This document shows positions 1 through 10,855 of a stretch of 25,676 nucleotides of DNA, in pieces. The notes beneath the pieces were generated by a model. That model did no database searches, had not been told where the DNA came from, and worked only from the letters and a program-made list of their open reading frames with translations. This DNA is from Tubiluchus corallicola (lineage: Eukaryota; Animalia; Priapulida), in the NCBI GenBank assembly GCA_030141605.1, contig JAQGDQ010001782.1, forward strand, positions 1 through 25,676, in the 5' to 3' direction. Every line of letters starts with the position of its first letter. Position 1 is the stretch's first letter. A program made the position numbers and the translations under genes.

Positions 1-111
1 ATGGCGATCATGATGATGGTGATGATGATTATGATGATGACAATGATAATAATGATGATGATGATGATTATGATGATGACGATGATGATGGCGACGATGA
101 TGACGATAACA

Positions 112-168
<57 letters not shown>
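1..168 (+). repeat. (GAT)n-type trinucleotide repeat
   Basis: Visible directly. Confidence 0.95.
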
Positions 169-169
<1 letters not shown>

Positions 170-556
170 TTTAGTTGACTATAACTGTGGCAAAGACAGC
201 ACACATGATGACCGATAGTAACGAAGAAATCATGCACCTGATGCTGCTGATAATGGTCATGATAAAAGTGACGACAACACAGATGATGATGACAATTACA
301 GAGTTGTTTTTTTTGTAAGAGTGAAAAAAACATATCACAAAGCAGAGGAGAGTAGAGGAAAAGGGGGAAGAATTGGAAAAGAATGAGGATAATTCAATCA
401 ACTTCGAATAGGTGCTGATGGTGATCATAATATCACGTGACAGTTGTAGTTAAGACGCGCTGCTGTGGTACACTTAACCTTTGACCTACAGCAACTGCGC
501 ATGCGCACAACGAAACTGTGAAGTGGCTGTTATTTACAGCAACGCTTATGACATAC

Positions 557-732
557 CCGCAGAAACGTGGACTTGCAGTTGTGGAACTGGTGCTGCTGGC
601 CAGTGATTGAGAACTTTCTCCATCGCGCTTCTCAGAAAGATGTCCAAAACCCCACGAAGTGCTGTTCTGGTTCGAGTCAGAAGAGAGGGCTACTTCAAAA
701 CAGGGTTCATTGAAGGAGGTGACTTCGTCTAT
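557..732 (-). CDS. Cad99C: Mirror exon E8'
   Basis: Mirror of 24945-25120 with identical translation. Confidence 0.6.
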
Positions 733-1140
733 CTGTTTGTAAAACAATTGTAAACATTACGATTAGCCGAAATTGCAGGTATTTTTAACGACAGTCGCTG
801 TTGATATCGGAAAGCCAAATAATCGTTAATTCGTATAATAACATATTAACATAATTTTCAACAGCAAAAATATACAATGAGTGTGTTGTACTAAAACTGG
901 ACAAGTTTTGAGATAAAAATTCAAATTTCAGATTTACCGCTGTGCTCTCACATGAGCTCTCAAACATGTGTAGCTCGTCGCAAACTAACACATCTGAAAT
1001 GAAAGCTACAGCACCTGTTTTATGTGCAATGAGTTTTCAAAATGCAGGGGTTTTTGATGCATTCTGCTAACAAGCATCGTAACGTAGTTTTGACTATGCC
1101 GACTTATGGGCAGTGTTGGTTTGCAAGTACACGTGTAAGA

Positions 1141-1893
1141 AAACAATAAACAATAAACAATAAACAATAAACAATAAACAATAAACAATAAACAATAAAC
1201 AATAAACAGTAAACAGTAAACAGTAAACAGTAAACAGTAAACAGTAAACAGTAAACAGTAAACAGTAAACAGTAAACAGTAAACAGTAAACAGTAAACAG
1301 TAAACAGTAAGCAGTAAGCAGTAAGCAGTAAACAGTAAACAGTAAACAGTAAACAGTAAACAGTAAACAGTAAACAGTAAACAGTAAACAGTAAACAGTA
1401 AACAGTAAACAGTAAACAATAAACAATAAAAAAAACAAAAAACAAAAAACAAAAACAAAAAACAAAAAACAAAAAGCAAAAAACAATAAACAATAAACAA
1501 TAAACAATAAACAATAAACAATAAACAATAAACAATAAACAATAAACAATAAACAATAAACAATAAACAATAAACAATAAACAATAAACAATAAAAAATA
1601 AACAATAAACAATAAACAATAAACAATAAACAATAAACAGTGAACAGTGAACAGTGAACAGTGAACAGTGAACAGTAAACAGTAAACAATAAACAATAAA
1701 CAGTAAACAGTGAACAGTGAACAGTGAACAGTAAACAGTAAACAGTAAACAATAAACAATAAACAATAAACAATAAACAATAAACAATAAACAAAAAACA
1801 AAAAACAAAAAACAAAAAACAAAAAACAAAAAACAAAAAACAATAAACAATAAACAATAAACAATAAACAATAAACAATAAACAATAAACAAT
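1141..1893 (+). repeat. Heptamer tandem array (AAACAAT/AAACAGT/AAACAAA/GAACAGT), about 107 units
   Basis: Visible directly; variants arranged in blocks. Confidence 0.97.
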
Positions 1894-1897
1894 GTAC

Positions 1898-2305
1898 CTT
1901 TTGCTCAAGCGAAGTTTCCACAGATGGTAATTCGCCGGTATTTGACACTTTACATGATGCTGCAGCTGCAGAAAAACAGTTCTTGTAGTTTGAAGGACCA
2001 TTGTCATGAGCACGATGATTGGCCGACGTCATGAGACGAGGATTATGATTGGTTGACACCATATTATGAAGTCTATGGGCTGGGTCTAAAAGACCTTGGC
2101 CTCTGTGCTTATAATGCGTGTGATTGGCGGAAGTCAAAGGCCCTGGCCCATAACCCATGAAGTCTCTAGGACCTGAACTTATAGACTGACTGTCTGCTAA
2201 TGAGTGAAGAACTTCTCTCGGTTTAAAAGTTTGATTTTGATTTGTAGAGTGAGGAGTTAGATGATGTCTGACGCCATGTTCGTATGGCACAAGTATGTCA
2301 TAGTC
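1898..2305 (-). CDS. Cad99C: Mirror exon E7'
   Basis: Mirror of 23372-23779; three SNPs seen, one nonsynonymous (Pro/Leu). Confidence 0.68.
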
Positions 2306-2429
2306 CTGGAAAAAAACACAAGTTGAATGAAGTTATTGTGACTCGTTGATTACTAGTGAGATTAAAATGTTCTCAACTGACTTACCGTTTTCTACTTTTC
2401 TGTTAAAGTCATTTCTAAGCCTAATTTAT

Positions 2430-2945
2430 CATGATGATGATGGTGGTGATGATGATGATGGTGGTGGTGGTAGTGGTGATGATGGTGATGATTAATGATG
2501 ATGATGATGATAAAGACGATTATGATTGATGATGATGATGACTTTGGTGATGCTGATGGTAGTGATGATGATGATGATGATCACTAAGACCGCGACGATG
2601 ATGATGATGATGATTGATGATAATTGCTGATGATGACGATGGTGATGGCGACGACGACGACGATGACGATAACGACGATGATGACTGATAATGATAATGA
2701 TGATGGTGGTGATGATAATGATGATGATAGTGGTGGTAGTGGTGGTGATGATGATGATGATGATCACGACGACGACTACGACTATAATGATTGATGATGA
2801 TGATGACGATGATGGTGATGACGACGACGATGATGACGATGACGACGATAATTGATGATGACGACGACGACGATAATTGATGATGATGATGGAGATGATG
2901 ATGATGATAACGACGACGACGACGACAACGATGATGATATGATTG
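2430..2945 (+). repeat. Degenerate (GAT/GAC/GGT)n trinucleotide repeat
   Basis: Visible directly. Confidence 0.93.
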
Positions 2946-3306
2946 ATCTTTTATTTTACAACACATGTTTACATAATTTGGTCCACTATTTACAGGCAAA
3001 GATTAAATTATAAGTACGCAAAACATACAGCTGTTGATACAATGTCAAATCTTTGTGTTAGCTATTACGATTCTCCTGAGATTGGCAAGAATTATAATCC
3101 ATTCAGTTCAAATTTTTATTCCAGTAACTAAGACCACATGAAATACAAATGCAGTATTAAAATGAAATAAAATACAATGAAATAAATTTTTGAGGCTAAT
3201 TATGCAATATCGAAAATCGTTAATTAACGCATAACTGATATTTATCATACAGATTATAAACTAAATTTGCATCGTGTGAACACGTATATGTAAGAAGAAA
3301 TCTTAC

Positions 3307-3415
3307 CTGAGCTTGAATAGCTGAAGGTTTATTTTCTAGTCTTGGTTCTATGAGAGCGGGTTCGTATCGAGATGGTATGAAAATGCGTTTTCTCTTCATG
3401 TCTTTCTTCTTGTAA
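3307..3415 (-). CDS. Cad99C: Mirror exon E6'
   Basis: Reverse complement of 22279-22387. Confidence 0.75.
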
Positions 3416-3547
3416 CTGTGAGAAAAACAGGTAAACTTGTGACGTATTGAGTAAGTGAAAATCGCTTACGTCATCGGTTGGTTTGCCTGTTGGTGTTAAC
3501 ACTAGCGTTATGTGAACTGACCAATGTTAACAAGTTTGCAGAAAACT

Positions 3548-4492
3548 AGTGTGATGTAGTGTAGTGCAGTGCAGTGCAGTGTAGTAGTGTAGTGTAGTGC
3601 AGTGCAGTGTAGTGCAATGTGGTGTGATGTGGTGTAGTGTAGTGTGGTGTGGTGTGGTGTGGTGTCATGTAGTGTGCTGTAATGTAGTGTAGTGTAGTGT
3701 AGTGTAGTGTAGTGTAGTGTAGCGTATTGTAGTGCAGTGTAGTGTAGTGTAGTGTAGTGTAGTGTAGTGTAGTGTAGTGTAGTGTAGTGTAGTGTAGTGT
3801 AGTGTAGTGTAGTGTAGTGTAGTGTAGTGTAGCGTAGTGTAGCGTAGTGTAGTGTAGTGTAGTGTAGTGTAGTGTAGTGTAGCATAGCGTAGTAGGTAGT
3901 AGGCAGGCATGAGGAGTGAGTGCAGTGAGTGCAGTGCAGTGTAGTGTAGTGTAGTGTAGTGTAGTGTAGTGTAGGTAGTGTAGTGTAGTGTAGTGTAGTG
4001 TAGTGTAGTGTAGTGTAGTGTAGTGTAGTGTAGTGTAGTGTAGTGTAGTGTAGCGTAGCACAATGTAGCGTAGCATAGCGTAGTGTAGTGTAGTATAGTG
4101 TAGTGTAACATAGCATAGCATAGCGTAGCATAGCGCAGCGCAATGTAGCATAGTGTAGTGTAGCGTAGTGTAGTGTAGTGTAGTGTAGTGTAGTGTAGTG
4201 TAGTGTAGTGTAGTGTAGTGTAGTGTAGTGTAGTGTAGTGTAGTGTAGTGTAGTGTAGTGTAGTGTAGTGTAGTGTAATGTAATGTGGTACGATGTGGTG
4301 TGATGTGGTGTGGTGTGATGTGATGTGGCGCGATGTGGTGTAGTGTAGTGTGATGTGGTGTGATGTGGTGTGGTGTGGTGTGGTGTAATGTAGTGTAGTG
4401 TGGTGCGATGTGGTGTGGTGTGGTGTGGTGTGGTGTGGTGTGGTGTGGTGTAATGTAGTGTAGTGTAGTGTGATGTGGTGTGGTGTGGTGTA
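3548..4492 (+). repeat. Pentamer tandem array (GTAGT/GTGGT/GCAGT)n
   Basis: Visible directly; short non-repeat interruption near 3900-3920. Confidence 0.97.
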
Positions 4493-4496
4493 GTTA

Positions 4497-4615
4497 CAAT
4501 CATTTTACATATTAGTCACAAACAATCATTTCACATATTAGTTAAAAATGATCATTTTACATATTAGTTAAAACAATCATTAAACAAACAACGAAAAATC
4601 ATTATATTAGTTAAA
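4497..4615 (+). repeat. Short degenerate tandem repeat (ATCATTTTACATATTAGTTAAAA-like, about 4 copies; mirror about 21075-21190)
   Basis: CATATTAGT recurs at about 25-28 bp spacing. Confidence 0.65.
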
Positions 4616-4824
4616 AAAAATTCTTCTTTCCAACGCTAGGTGGCAGGTTGCGGTGGAAAATGCTATTAGATAAATATCATAATAAAAGAGACAATGCAGT
4701 AAAACATATTTTTCAGAGAAAAAACATTCGATGCTCTAAATTCGTCACGTGACTCTTTTCTCAACTACGGTAACGCACATGTGACAAAAAAGTATTAAAT
4801 GCGCAAATAAAGGAATCAACCGAC

Positions 4825-5058
4825 CTTGACCATAAGCAACAGATGGCGATGATGGCGATGACGCAGATGAGAACAATTAGTGCTGCTAGAGCGATGACAC
4901 CAATCTGCCAGTCTGTCACGCCACCTAGCGGCTGTTTGACGGGCTCCACTCTGCCATCAGTCTTGTCTGGTACCCGGATGGAGGACACGCTTAGCGGATC
5001 GTGCTGTACTAAGAAGCTTTCCCTGATTTCCTCTTGTGATTTCACAGTAAACAGTGAC
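4825..5058 (-). CDS. Cad99C: Mirror exon E5' (transmembrane)
   Basis: Same translation as 20631-20864. Confidence 0.75.
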
Positions 5059-5112
5059 CTAAGTGTAACGTAAGTACGTTACTTTCTCAGTTTCTCAAAA
5101 AACGGTTTGTTC

Positions 5113-5480
5113 TTTCACAGTTCCAGTGATTGATGATGGTCGTGAGGAGGTCAAAGGTTAACTGTACCAGACAACGCATTTGTGTACCCTTGACAACGCC
5201 TCGCAGCATATGCTATTGTAATAGTAACAGTTTTAACAGCTAGATAGAATCTTACCTAGTTCATTTTTTCTTGTTCCCAAGTAAGATCCTGCTAGTAAAT
5301 CATTATACGCAGTCTAATGCATCATAAAGTCCATGTAAAATAACTGAAGTTAGTGAACTGATGTAGCAAACGGCTTTGCTTTGCACACAGCACGTGACGG
5401 ATGTAGCTAAGATGCGTTGCTGCGGTACAGTTAACCTTTGACCTACAGCAACTGCGCATGCGCACAACGAAACTGTGAAA
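5113..5480. mobile_element. Probable MITE with imperfect inverted ends of about 70 bp (mirror 20208-20576; solo end at 433-522 and 25155-25244)
   Basis: TTTCACAGTT...AGGTCAAAGGTTAACTGTACC at the left is inverted as GGTACAGTTAACCTTTGACCT...AACTGTGAAA at the right. The right end recurs at 433-522. Confidence 0.55.
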
Positions 5481-5786
5481 AGGCTCCTTTGCAAGATCAA
5501 TATAATTTAACATTAACAAAATTTGAGCAGAGCCCAAGACAATAACAACAATAACAACAACAACGGTAAAAATAAACATCAAGGACATAATATAGAAATC
5601 TTAATACTAGCCAGACACCGCAGAATTGTAACAAAAGATTAGAACAGCAGGAAATGCGCCATCTGTTGGTGTTACAACTAACTAAATGTAATAACAAGAA
5701 GAAGACAAAAAAACTTAGGTAACAGAGAATAAAGAAGACGAAGACATTGCAGTTAGTAAATAAAAAACTGAGAAAATTAAATTTAA

Positions 5787-6490
5787 AGGAAAAGATAAGC
5801 GAATTTTAAAGCATCTACTAAAAAACCTTCCATACAAAGTTACGTTACTTCGCATTACGCTTAACTTTTTGAAAGACTTATGTAACTAGAAAAGAAAATT
5901 ATTAATTATTTAAAATATTTTCACTAATTGATAAAATGTCGCTAGCTCATCCCTCCAGGGTGCACCACTCACTAACCAAAAAACGTATTTTTAATCTTAT
6001 TGACAAGATACAGGAAAATTAAAATTTCACTTAGTTTGTGACATGTGTGCTACGAATGCTCTGGTTATTTTTTTCAAACTTTACTCAATGTTATCTAAAC
6101 TTGTTTTAAATGACTTACGTTCAAGATGACTGGGCGTAACGGTCATCGCAGAAGTTTAAATTTGCATGTTTTACACAGCGTTACTGCCGGCGCAAGTTTT
6201 ATAAACAATAAGGCAGTACGCAGGTGATAAGTTCAAGCAATTTAAGATTATGTTTGCGCGGTTTGCTAAAACGTCACTGTATCACTTACCCAATGTGCAC
6301 CACTGATTCTCCAAAAACACATATTTGATTTTACTGACAAAATAAAGTAATTCAAACTCTTGGTTAGTTTGTGAAGTGTGTGCTAAAAATGCTCTGATCA
6401 TTTTTCAAACTTCACTCAATGTTGTGTAAGCAATTTCAAATGAGCTATCGTCATAGTCGGTGTCATAACGGTCATAACGGGCATGTTTTG
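5787..6490 (+). mobile_element. Interspersed repeat family A, Kolobok/T2-MITE-like (other fragments about 10200-10335 inverted and 11040-11305; mirrors in right arm)
   Basis: Shared core CCCTCCAGGG.GCACCACTCACTAACCAAAAAACGTATTTTTAATCTTATTGAC; begins TTAA|AGGAA; diverged internal second unit at about 6290-6490. Boundaries approximate and no matching second TIR found. Confidence 0.5.
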
Positions 6491-6814
6491 TACAGCATTA
6501 GTGCCGACGCAAGCCCTGTATGCAAAAAGGCAGTGTGTATAAAAGTGGTATAAAGGTTCAAGGTGAATTTTTTAAGATTTATCAGTTTTTGTTTCAATTA
6601 CTAACCATTAGTATGGCTGCGCCTCGCGAGAGTTTAAATTCACAAGTTTTATACAACGTTACTTCCAACGCAAACCTTCCATGCAATAAGACATCATGTA
6701 AGTGATACAAAATTTAAAAAAGATTTTTCAGCTTTATTTACGAAGGTGTTTTCTTGTGCTTTGTTGTTGGCTGCTGGTGCAGCTCCTCCGCCTAGTGTCG
6801 AGATACAATGTGGG

Positions 6815-6915
6815 CCTGGTATTCCTAGGCGGTCACCCATCCAAGTACTAACCAGGCTCTACGTCACTTAACGGTGACCAGACTAGAACCGGTGTTATCA
6901 ACGTGATATGGTCGT
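6815..6915 (-). pseudogene. 5S rRNA pseudogene, mirror copy
   Basis: Reverse complement of 18782-18882. Confidence 0.85.
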
Positions 6916-6959
6916 CTTACGTTGTAACTGATGGATAAATAATATAAATGATTACATAC

Positions 6960-7130
6960 TCTAATAGATGTGGGTCGGTATTTTTCACAAGGCTTCCTGA
7001 TTTCGGATCCGTGAAATGAAGCCAAACATCAGATGATTTTACATCATGTACAAGCACACCGTCTTCATAATCCTCTCTGTGAACGATTTTATCAACGCCA
7101 GTCAGATATCCGGTACGCTCGTCCAAATAT
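6960..7130 (-). CDS. Cad99C: Mirror exon E4'
   Basis: Same translation as 18567-18737. Confidence 0.75.
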
Positions 7131-7189
7131 CTGAAAGAAATGTTTATTTTGGTCAGAACATTCAGGAGATTTGGGTCCAAATGTACATC

Positions 7190-8640
7190 ACAGCTCTCAC
7201 ATTTAGACTTTGAAATTTTGAAATTTGAATTTTTATCTTGAAACTTGCCTAGTTTTAGTTAGAACATACTGAATATCTTACAGTAGCACTGTACTTCAAT
7301 TTTCCCTTTTGGAAATACATGTAACATGTAGACGAGCATTTGCCGTACCTCTCTGTTCAGATGTGTTCGTTTGTGACGAACTACACACGTCTGACAGCTC
7401 GGGCGTGAATTTGAAATTTGAATTTTTGTCTTAAAACTTGCCTAGTTTTAGTACAACACACTGAATCTCCCTACAGTAGCACTGTACTTAAATTTTCGCT
7501 TTCGCAAACACGTGCAACGCGCTCGTGGAATATTTTTCCTGTTGAGAATTATGTTAGTTTGTGATGTCAGCCACAGTTGGGCTCCCCCGCTGCTAATTAA
7601 GACTTCAATCTATTATTTAATTATCAGAAAACCTTTACCACTATCGTTGGTGTTAAAATGTTTACTTTTCCGTTCTTCAAAATGCATTAAATTTTTAAAG
7701 GAAAACATGAAGATTTCTCATCTACTATGGTAAATGATTTCTCATATTGCCGTATGGTAAAAGATATGCATTTTAACACCGAAAATGGGGCCAAAACTTT
7801 TTACACAAACGAAAATTTTCTTTCTAAAGTTCTTTCCTGTACATTAGACATAAGCAGTTATGCTTGCGATGAACAAATACGGACTGTAAATTTCATTAAA
7901 GAAGTTATACGGGCTCCACAATGTAATTGTTTTGATTTTTTTGACAGAAATAAGTTGTACGCCATACTAACATAGACTCTCGCTTAATTGTATATATTCA
8001 CATTGCTTAGTAATCTTAATTAATGTTATATTTATCTGTTTGTTTATTTGATGTGATTGTACCATGAGTATGAATAAAAATAATATATGCATATATATAT
8101 ATATATATTGTCACACAGGACAGGCAACTAAACCCTTGTTTGACCCCACATACAACCTTAAAGGAAGACAGGATGATTTTTCATATACTACCCCATTTTC
8201 AAGTTCAATAAAAAGTATACATTTTAGTACAATTAATACTGCAAAGGCGTTTCTGATAATTAAATAATGGATTAAAATCTTAATTAGCGGCGGGATAGCC
8301 CAACTATTGATGACGTCACAACTGAACATAAACATTCCACGTGTTTGCTAAAGTAAAAATTGAAGTACAACATTAAGCGCGTGATAAATATAAAAGTCGA
8401 CGAACTTTAAGTGCAAAAAAATTAAATTTTAAATGTACCGCTGTGTCTCACGTATGAGCTGTGGAACGTGTGCACTACTTCACAACTGAACCGCACCTAA
8501 ACTGTTAGCAGCCGAACTTTAAGTGTAAAAAAATAAATTTTAAATGTACCGCTGTGTCTCACGTATGAGCTGTGGAACGTGTGCACTACTTCACAACTGA
8601 ACCGCACCTAAACTGTTAGCAGCAGCGCACGTTTTTTGTG
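7190..8640. mobile_element. Cluster of interspersed repeat family B fragments with TTAA|AGGAA ends at 7695 and 8158 (Kolobok-like; mirror about 17065-18505)
   Basis: Core TTGAATTTTTATCTT.AAACTTGCCTAGTTTTAGTACAACACACTGAA recurs at about 7225, 7420, 13405 and, inverted, 880-925. TTAAAGGRR is the T2/Kolobok terminus. Boundaries approximate. Confidence 0.5.
8401..8623 (+). repeat. Tandem duplication, 2 x about 112 bp (mirror about 17084-17306)
   Basis: CGAACTTTAAGTG...CTGTTAGCAGC at 8401-8512 and 8513-8623. Confidence 0.9.
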
Positions 8641-8813
8641 CGATGCGTTTCTGCCACACAGGGAGTTAATGCTGATCTAAGAAGCCAAAGCAAAATACAC
8701 ATAACTGCCAAGAATTAAATTTCTGCGATAATAATTCTTTCAAGAAAGTTATTCTCCAGAAAAAATAACATTTCGATATTTCATAGGAATGAATGTTTTG
8801 AGGTATGGTTTAA

Positions 8814-9271
8814 CCCTTTCATACCCGTTGTATCCCGTGGGATACGAAAATATTTTCTGCCTTTAAAATTAATAAAATTTTAAAACTGACAGTTATTTAA
8901 TCTGTTAATAGTTATTTTGATTTAAGCCAATAACAATGGACTAAAAATGGTGATAAAATGGCAAACTAGAAAATCTACATACCATAAAAAACTGTGCAAG
9001 GTACAGTACTTTAGAGACGACTTCGTACAGATCAGCATAGCGTGCATACTAAATGTCTTAAATACTTTAAAAAATTATCAGCAGTTGCAAAATGAAGCAC
9101 ATTTTGTGCTACCATTGAATCCCAATGTATCCCGTGGGATACAGGCTATATTTAGCACACAGGCACAGGTAGAAAAATAATAATTATGTGTAAACAAGAT
9201 GGACATACTGAACAAAAGTACCAAATCAAAAAAAATTTTCTTATTAAAAAAATAATTTGGGACTGAAAGGG
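8814..9271 (+). mobile_element. piggyBac-type MITE, copy 1 (458 bp)
   Basis: TTAA|CCCTTTCA...TGAAAGGG|TTAA: TTAA target duplication with CCC/GGG termini. A closely similar copy lies at 10401-10855. Confidence 0.85.
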
Positions 9272-9373
9272 TTAAGATGGCGTCTTAATTGCCCTTAACT
9301 ACGTTTCAAAGCCATGATTTAAAATATAACCTACGATATTAGATGGTCAATTTAAACTGATTTGTTTACTTAC

Positions 9374-9696
9374 TTGGTGACCGTGTGGCGCTTTTGGAGC
9401 ACCATAGCAGGCTCCATGTCGTCAACGACTAGCACGATTTTGTGACAATCCTTCAACACGTTCACGAGTATCTCTGCTTCGGCTCGTAAAGCATCGTTCA
9501 CACCATTAGCATTATCGGTAGCAATGGCCGTCAATCGAAACGTCTCCACGTCATGTAATGGCGGCGAGTTGAACAAATTCAACTGTATTTTATTTCTCAG
9601 GATTCCAGTGGATGGTTCCAGAAGAAAAAGATCAGGTGAATATTTATCCAGGATGTACTGTATGACGTCATTCTCCATTTTGTCTGGATCTATTGC
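9374..9696 (-). CDS. Cad99C: Mirror exon E3'
   Basis: Same translation as 16011-16333. Confidence 0.78.
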
Positions 9697-10018
9697 CTGC
9701 ATAGATTTATTAATTATTAACTGACAGCCAGAAGAAAAAAACCCAGCTGGAACTGCCCAAGTCACGTGCACCCAATGAACTTACCTGATTGGCTAGTAAA
9801 ACACGCTAGCAATCAACACTACCATATATGGGAAGCCCAGCAGATACAGGTGACCAACGCCACAACCTGGATTAAACCTGACTCAGTTCAATAATAAATA
9901 ATTTTAAATGTAGATGGCAGCACATGTTAACTTACTATGTAATACTTTAAGTTAAATTTACACAATTCTGCTTTTTTGCGAAAGTATTTTGAAATGCTTG
10001 ACAATTTTTTGTACCAAC

Positions 10019-10173
10019 CTGTACAACAAGAATTTCTGAGAAAGGAGGACTGTCCATTTCTATCACACCGTAGTACATTTCCCCAGCGATATTCATATTT
10101 GGATAAATGAACGATGGTTTATTATCATTAACATCATCGACAGCAACAATGACGGTGGCAGCAGCTACAGAAT
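10019..10173 (-). CDS. Cad99C: Mirror exon E2'
   Basis: Reverse complement of 15520-15674; DVNDNKP motif. Confidence 0.75.
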
Positions 10174-10400
10174 CTGCAAACGCAGAAAGTTGTCCCTTTA
10201 TTTAGTTTAACACGTCTAATTTATTAATTAATCAAAGTTCTATAATTGTAACTAAGTAAAATTTTAATTTACTGTGTCTTGTCAATAAGATTAAAAATAC
10301 GTTTTTGGTTGGTGAGTGGTGCCCCCTGGAGGGACTTAAAGGACAAGAAAAGGGGTACCTGAAGTTGGGTTCAGAAAAATCACCTTAAAAATTATTTTAA

Positions 10401-10855
10401 CCCTTTCGTACCCGTTGTATCCCGTGGGATACGAGAATATTTTCTGCCTTTAAAATTAATAAAATTTTAAAACTGACATTTATTTGATCTGTTAATAGTT
10501 ATTTTGATTTAAGCCAATAACAATAGACTAAAAATTGTGATAAAATGGCAAACTAGAAAATCTACATAGCATAAAAAACTGCGCAAGGTACAGTACTTTA
10601 GAGACGACTTTGTACAGATCAGCATAGCATGCATACTAAATGTCTTAAATACTTTAAAAAATTATCAGCAGTTGCAAAATGAAGCACATTTTATGCTTCC
10701 ATTGAATCCCAATGTATCCCGTGGGATACAGGCTATATTTAGCACGCGGGCACAGGTAGAAAAAATTTATTATGTGTAAACAAGATGGACATACTGAACA
10801 AAAGTGCCAAGCCAAAATTTTTTTCTTATTAAAAAATAATTTGGGACTGAAAGGT
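10401..10855 (+). mobile_element. piggyBac-type MITE, copy 2 (right end degraded)
   Basis: TTAA|CCCTTTCG...TGAAAGGT|TTAG; colinear with copy 1. Confidence 0.82.

Larger units (their letters stand above)
557..10173 (-). pseudogene. Cad99C: Inverted 5'-truncated duplicate (or second allele) of cadherin exons E2-E8; frames and splice sites intact, E1 and everything upstream missing
   Basis: Mirror exons at 10019-10173, 9374-9696, 6960-7130, 4825-5058, 3307-3415, 1898-2305 and 557-732. Only one amino-acid difference seen (LTPH vs LTLH in E7). Pseudogene status is inferred from the truncation only. Confidence 0.65.

Noticed and set aside
1-168. Ends as telomeres of a linear palindromic extrachromosomal element (as for Tetrahymena or Dictyostelium rDNA)
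   Set aside because: The ends are degenerate (GAT)n like the internal tract at 2430-2945, not telomeric repeats, and the gene is cut mid-structure.
1006-2013. Long hydrophobic 'CLLFIVY' ORFs (also 1094-2290, 1104-1892 and mirrors 23387-24671)
   Set aside because: They are stop-free translations of the 7-mer array in all three frames. Only the E7 portion (1898-2305 / 23372-23779) looks coding, and it ends at a GT donor.
2492-2999. Poly-His/Ile/Ser ORFs (mirrors 22695-23187)
   Set aside because: Trinucleotide repeat artefacts.
3508-4503. 'HYTTL' repeat ORFs (mirrors 21185-22177)
   Set aside because: Translations of a pentamer microsatellite lying within an intron.
6815-6915. Functional 5S rRNA gene
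   Set aside because: Truncated at both ends, with an internal deletion, no T-run terminator and no tandem array.
8947-9180. Short ORFs within the MITEs and repeats (8947-9180, 10654-10869, 7512-7975, 8064-8335 and mirrors) as transposase remnants
   Set aside because: No DDE/DDD motifs, and the frames are not conserved between MITE copies.
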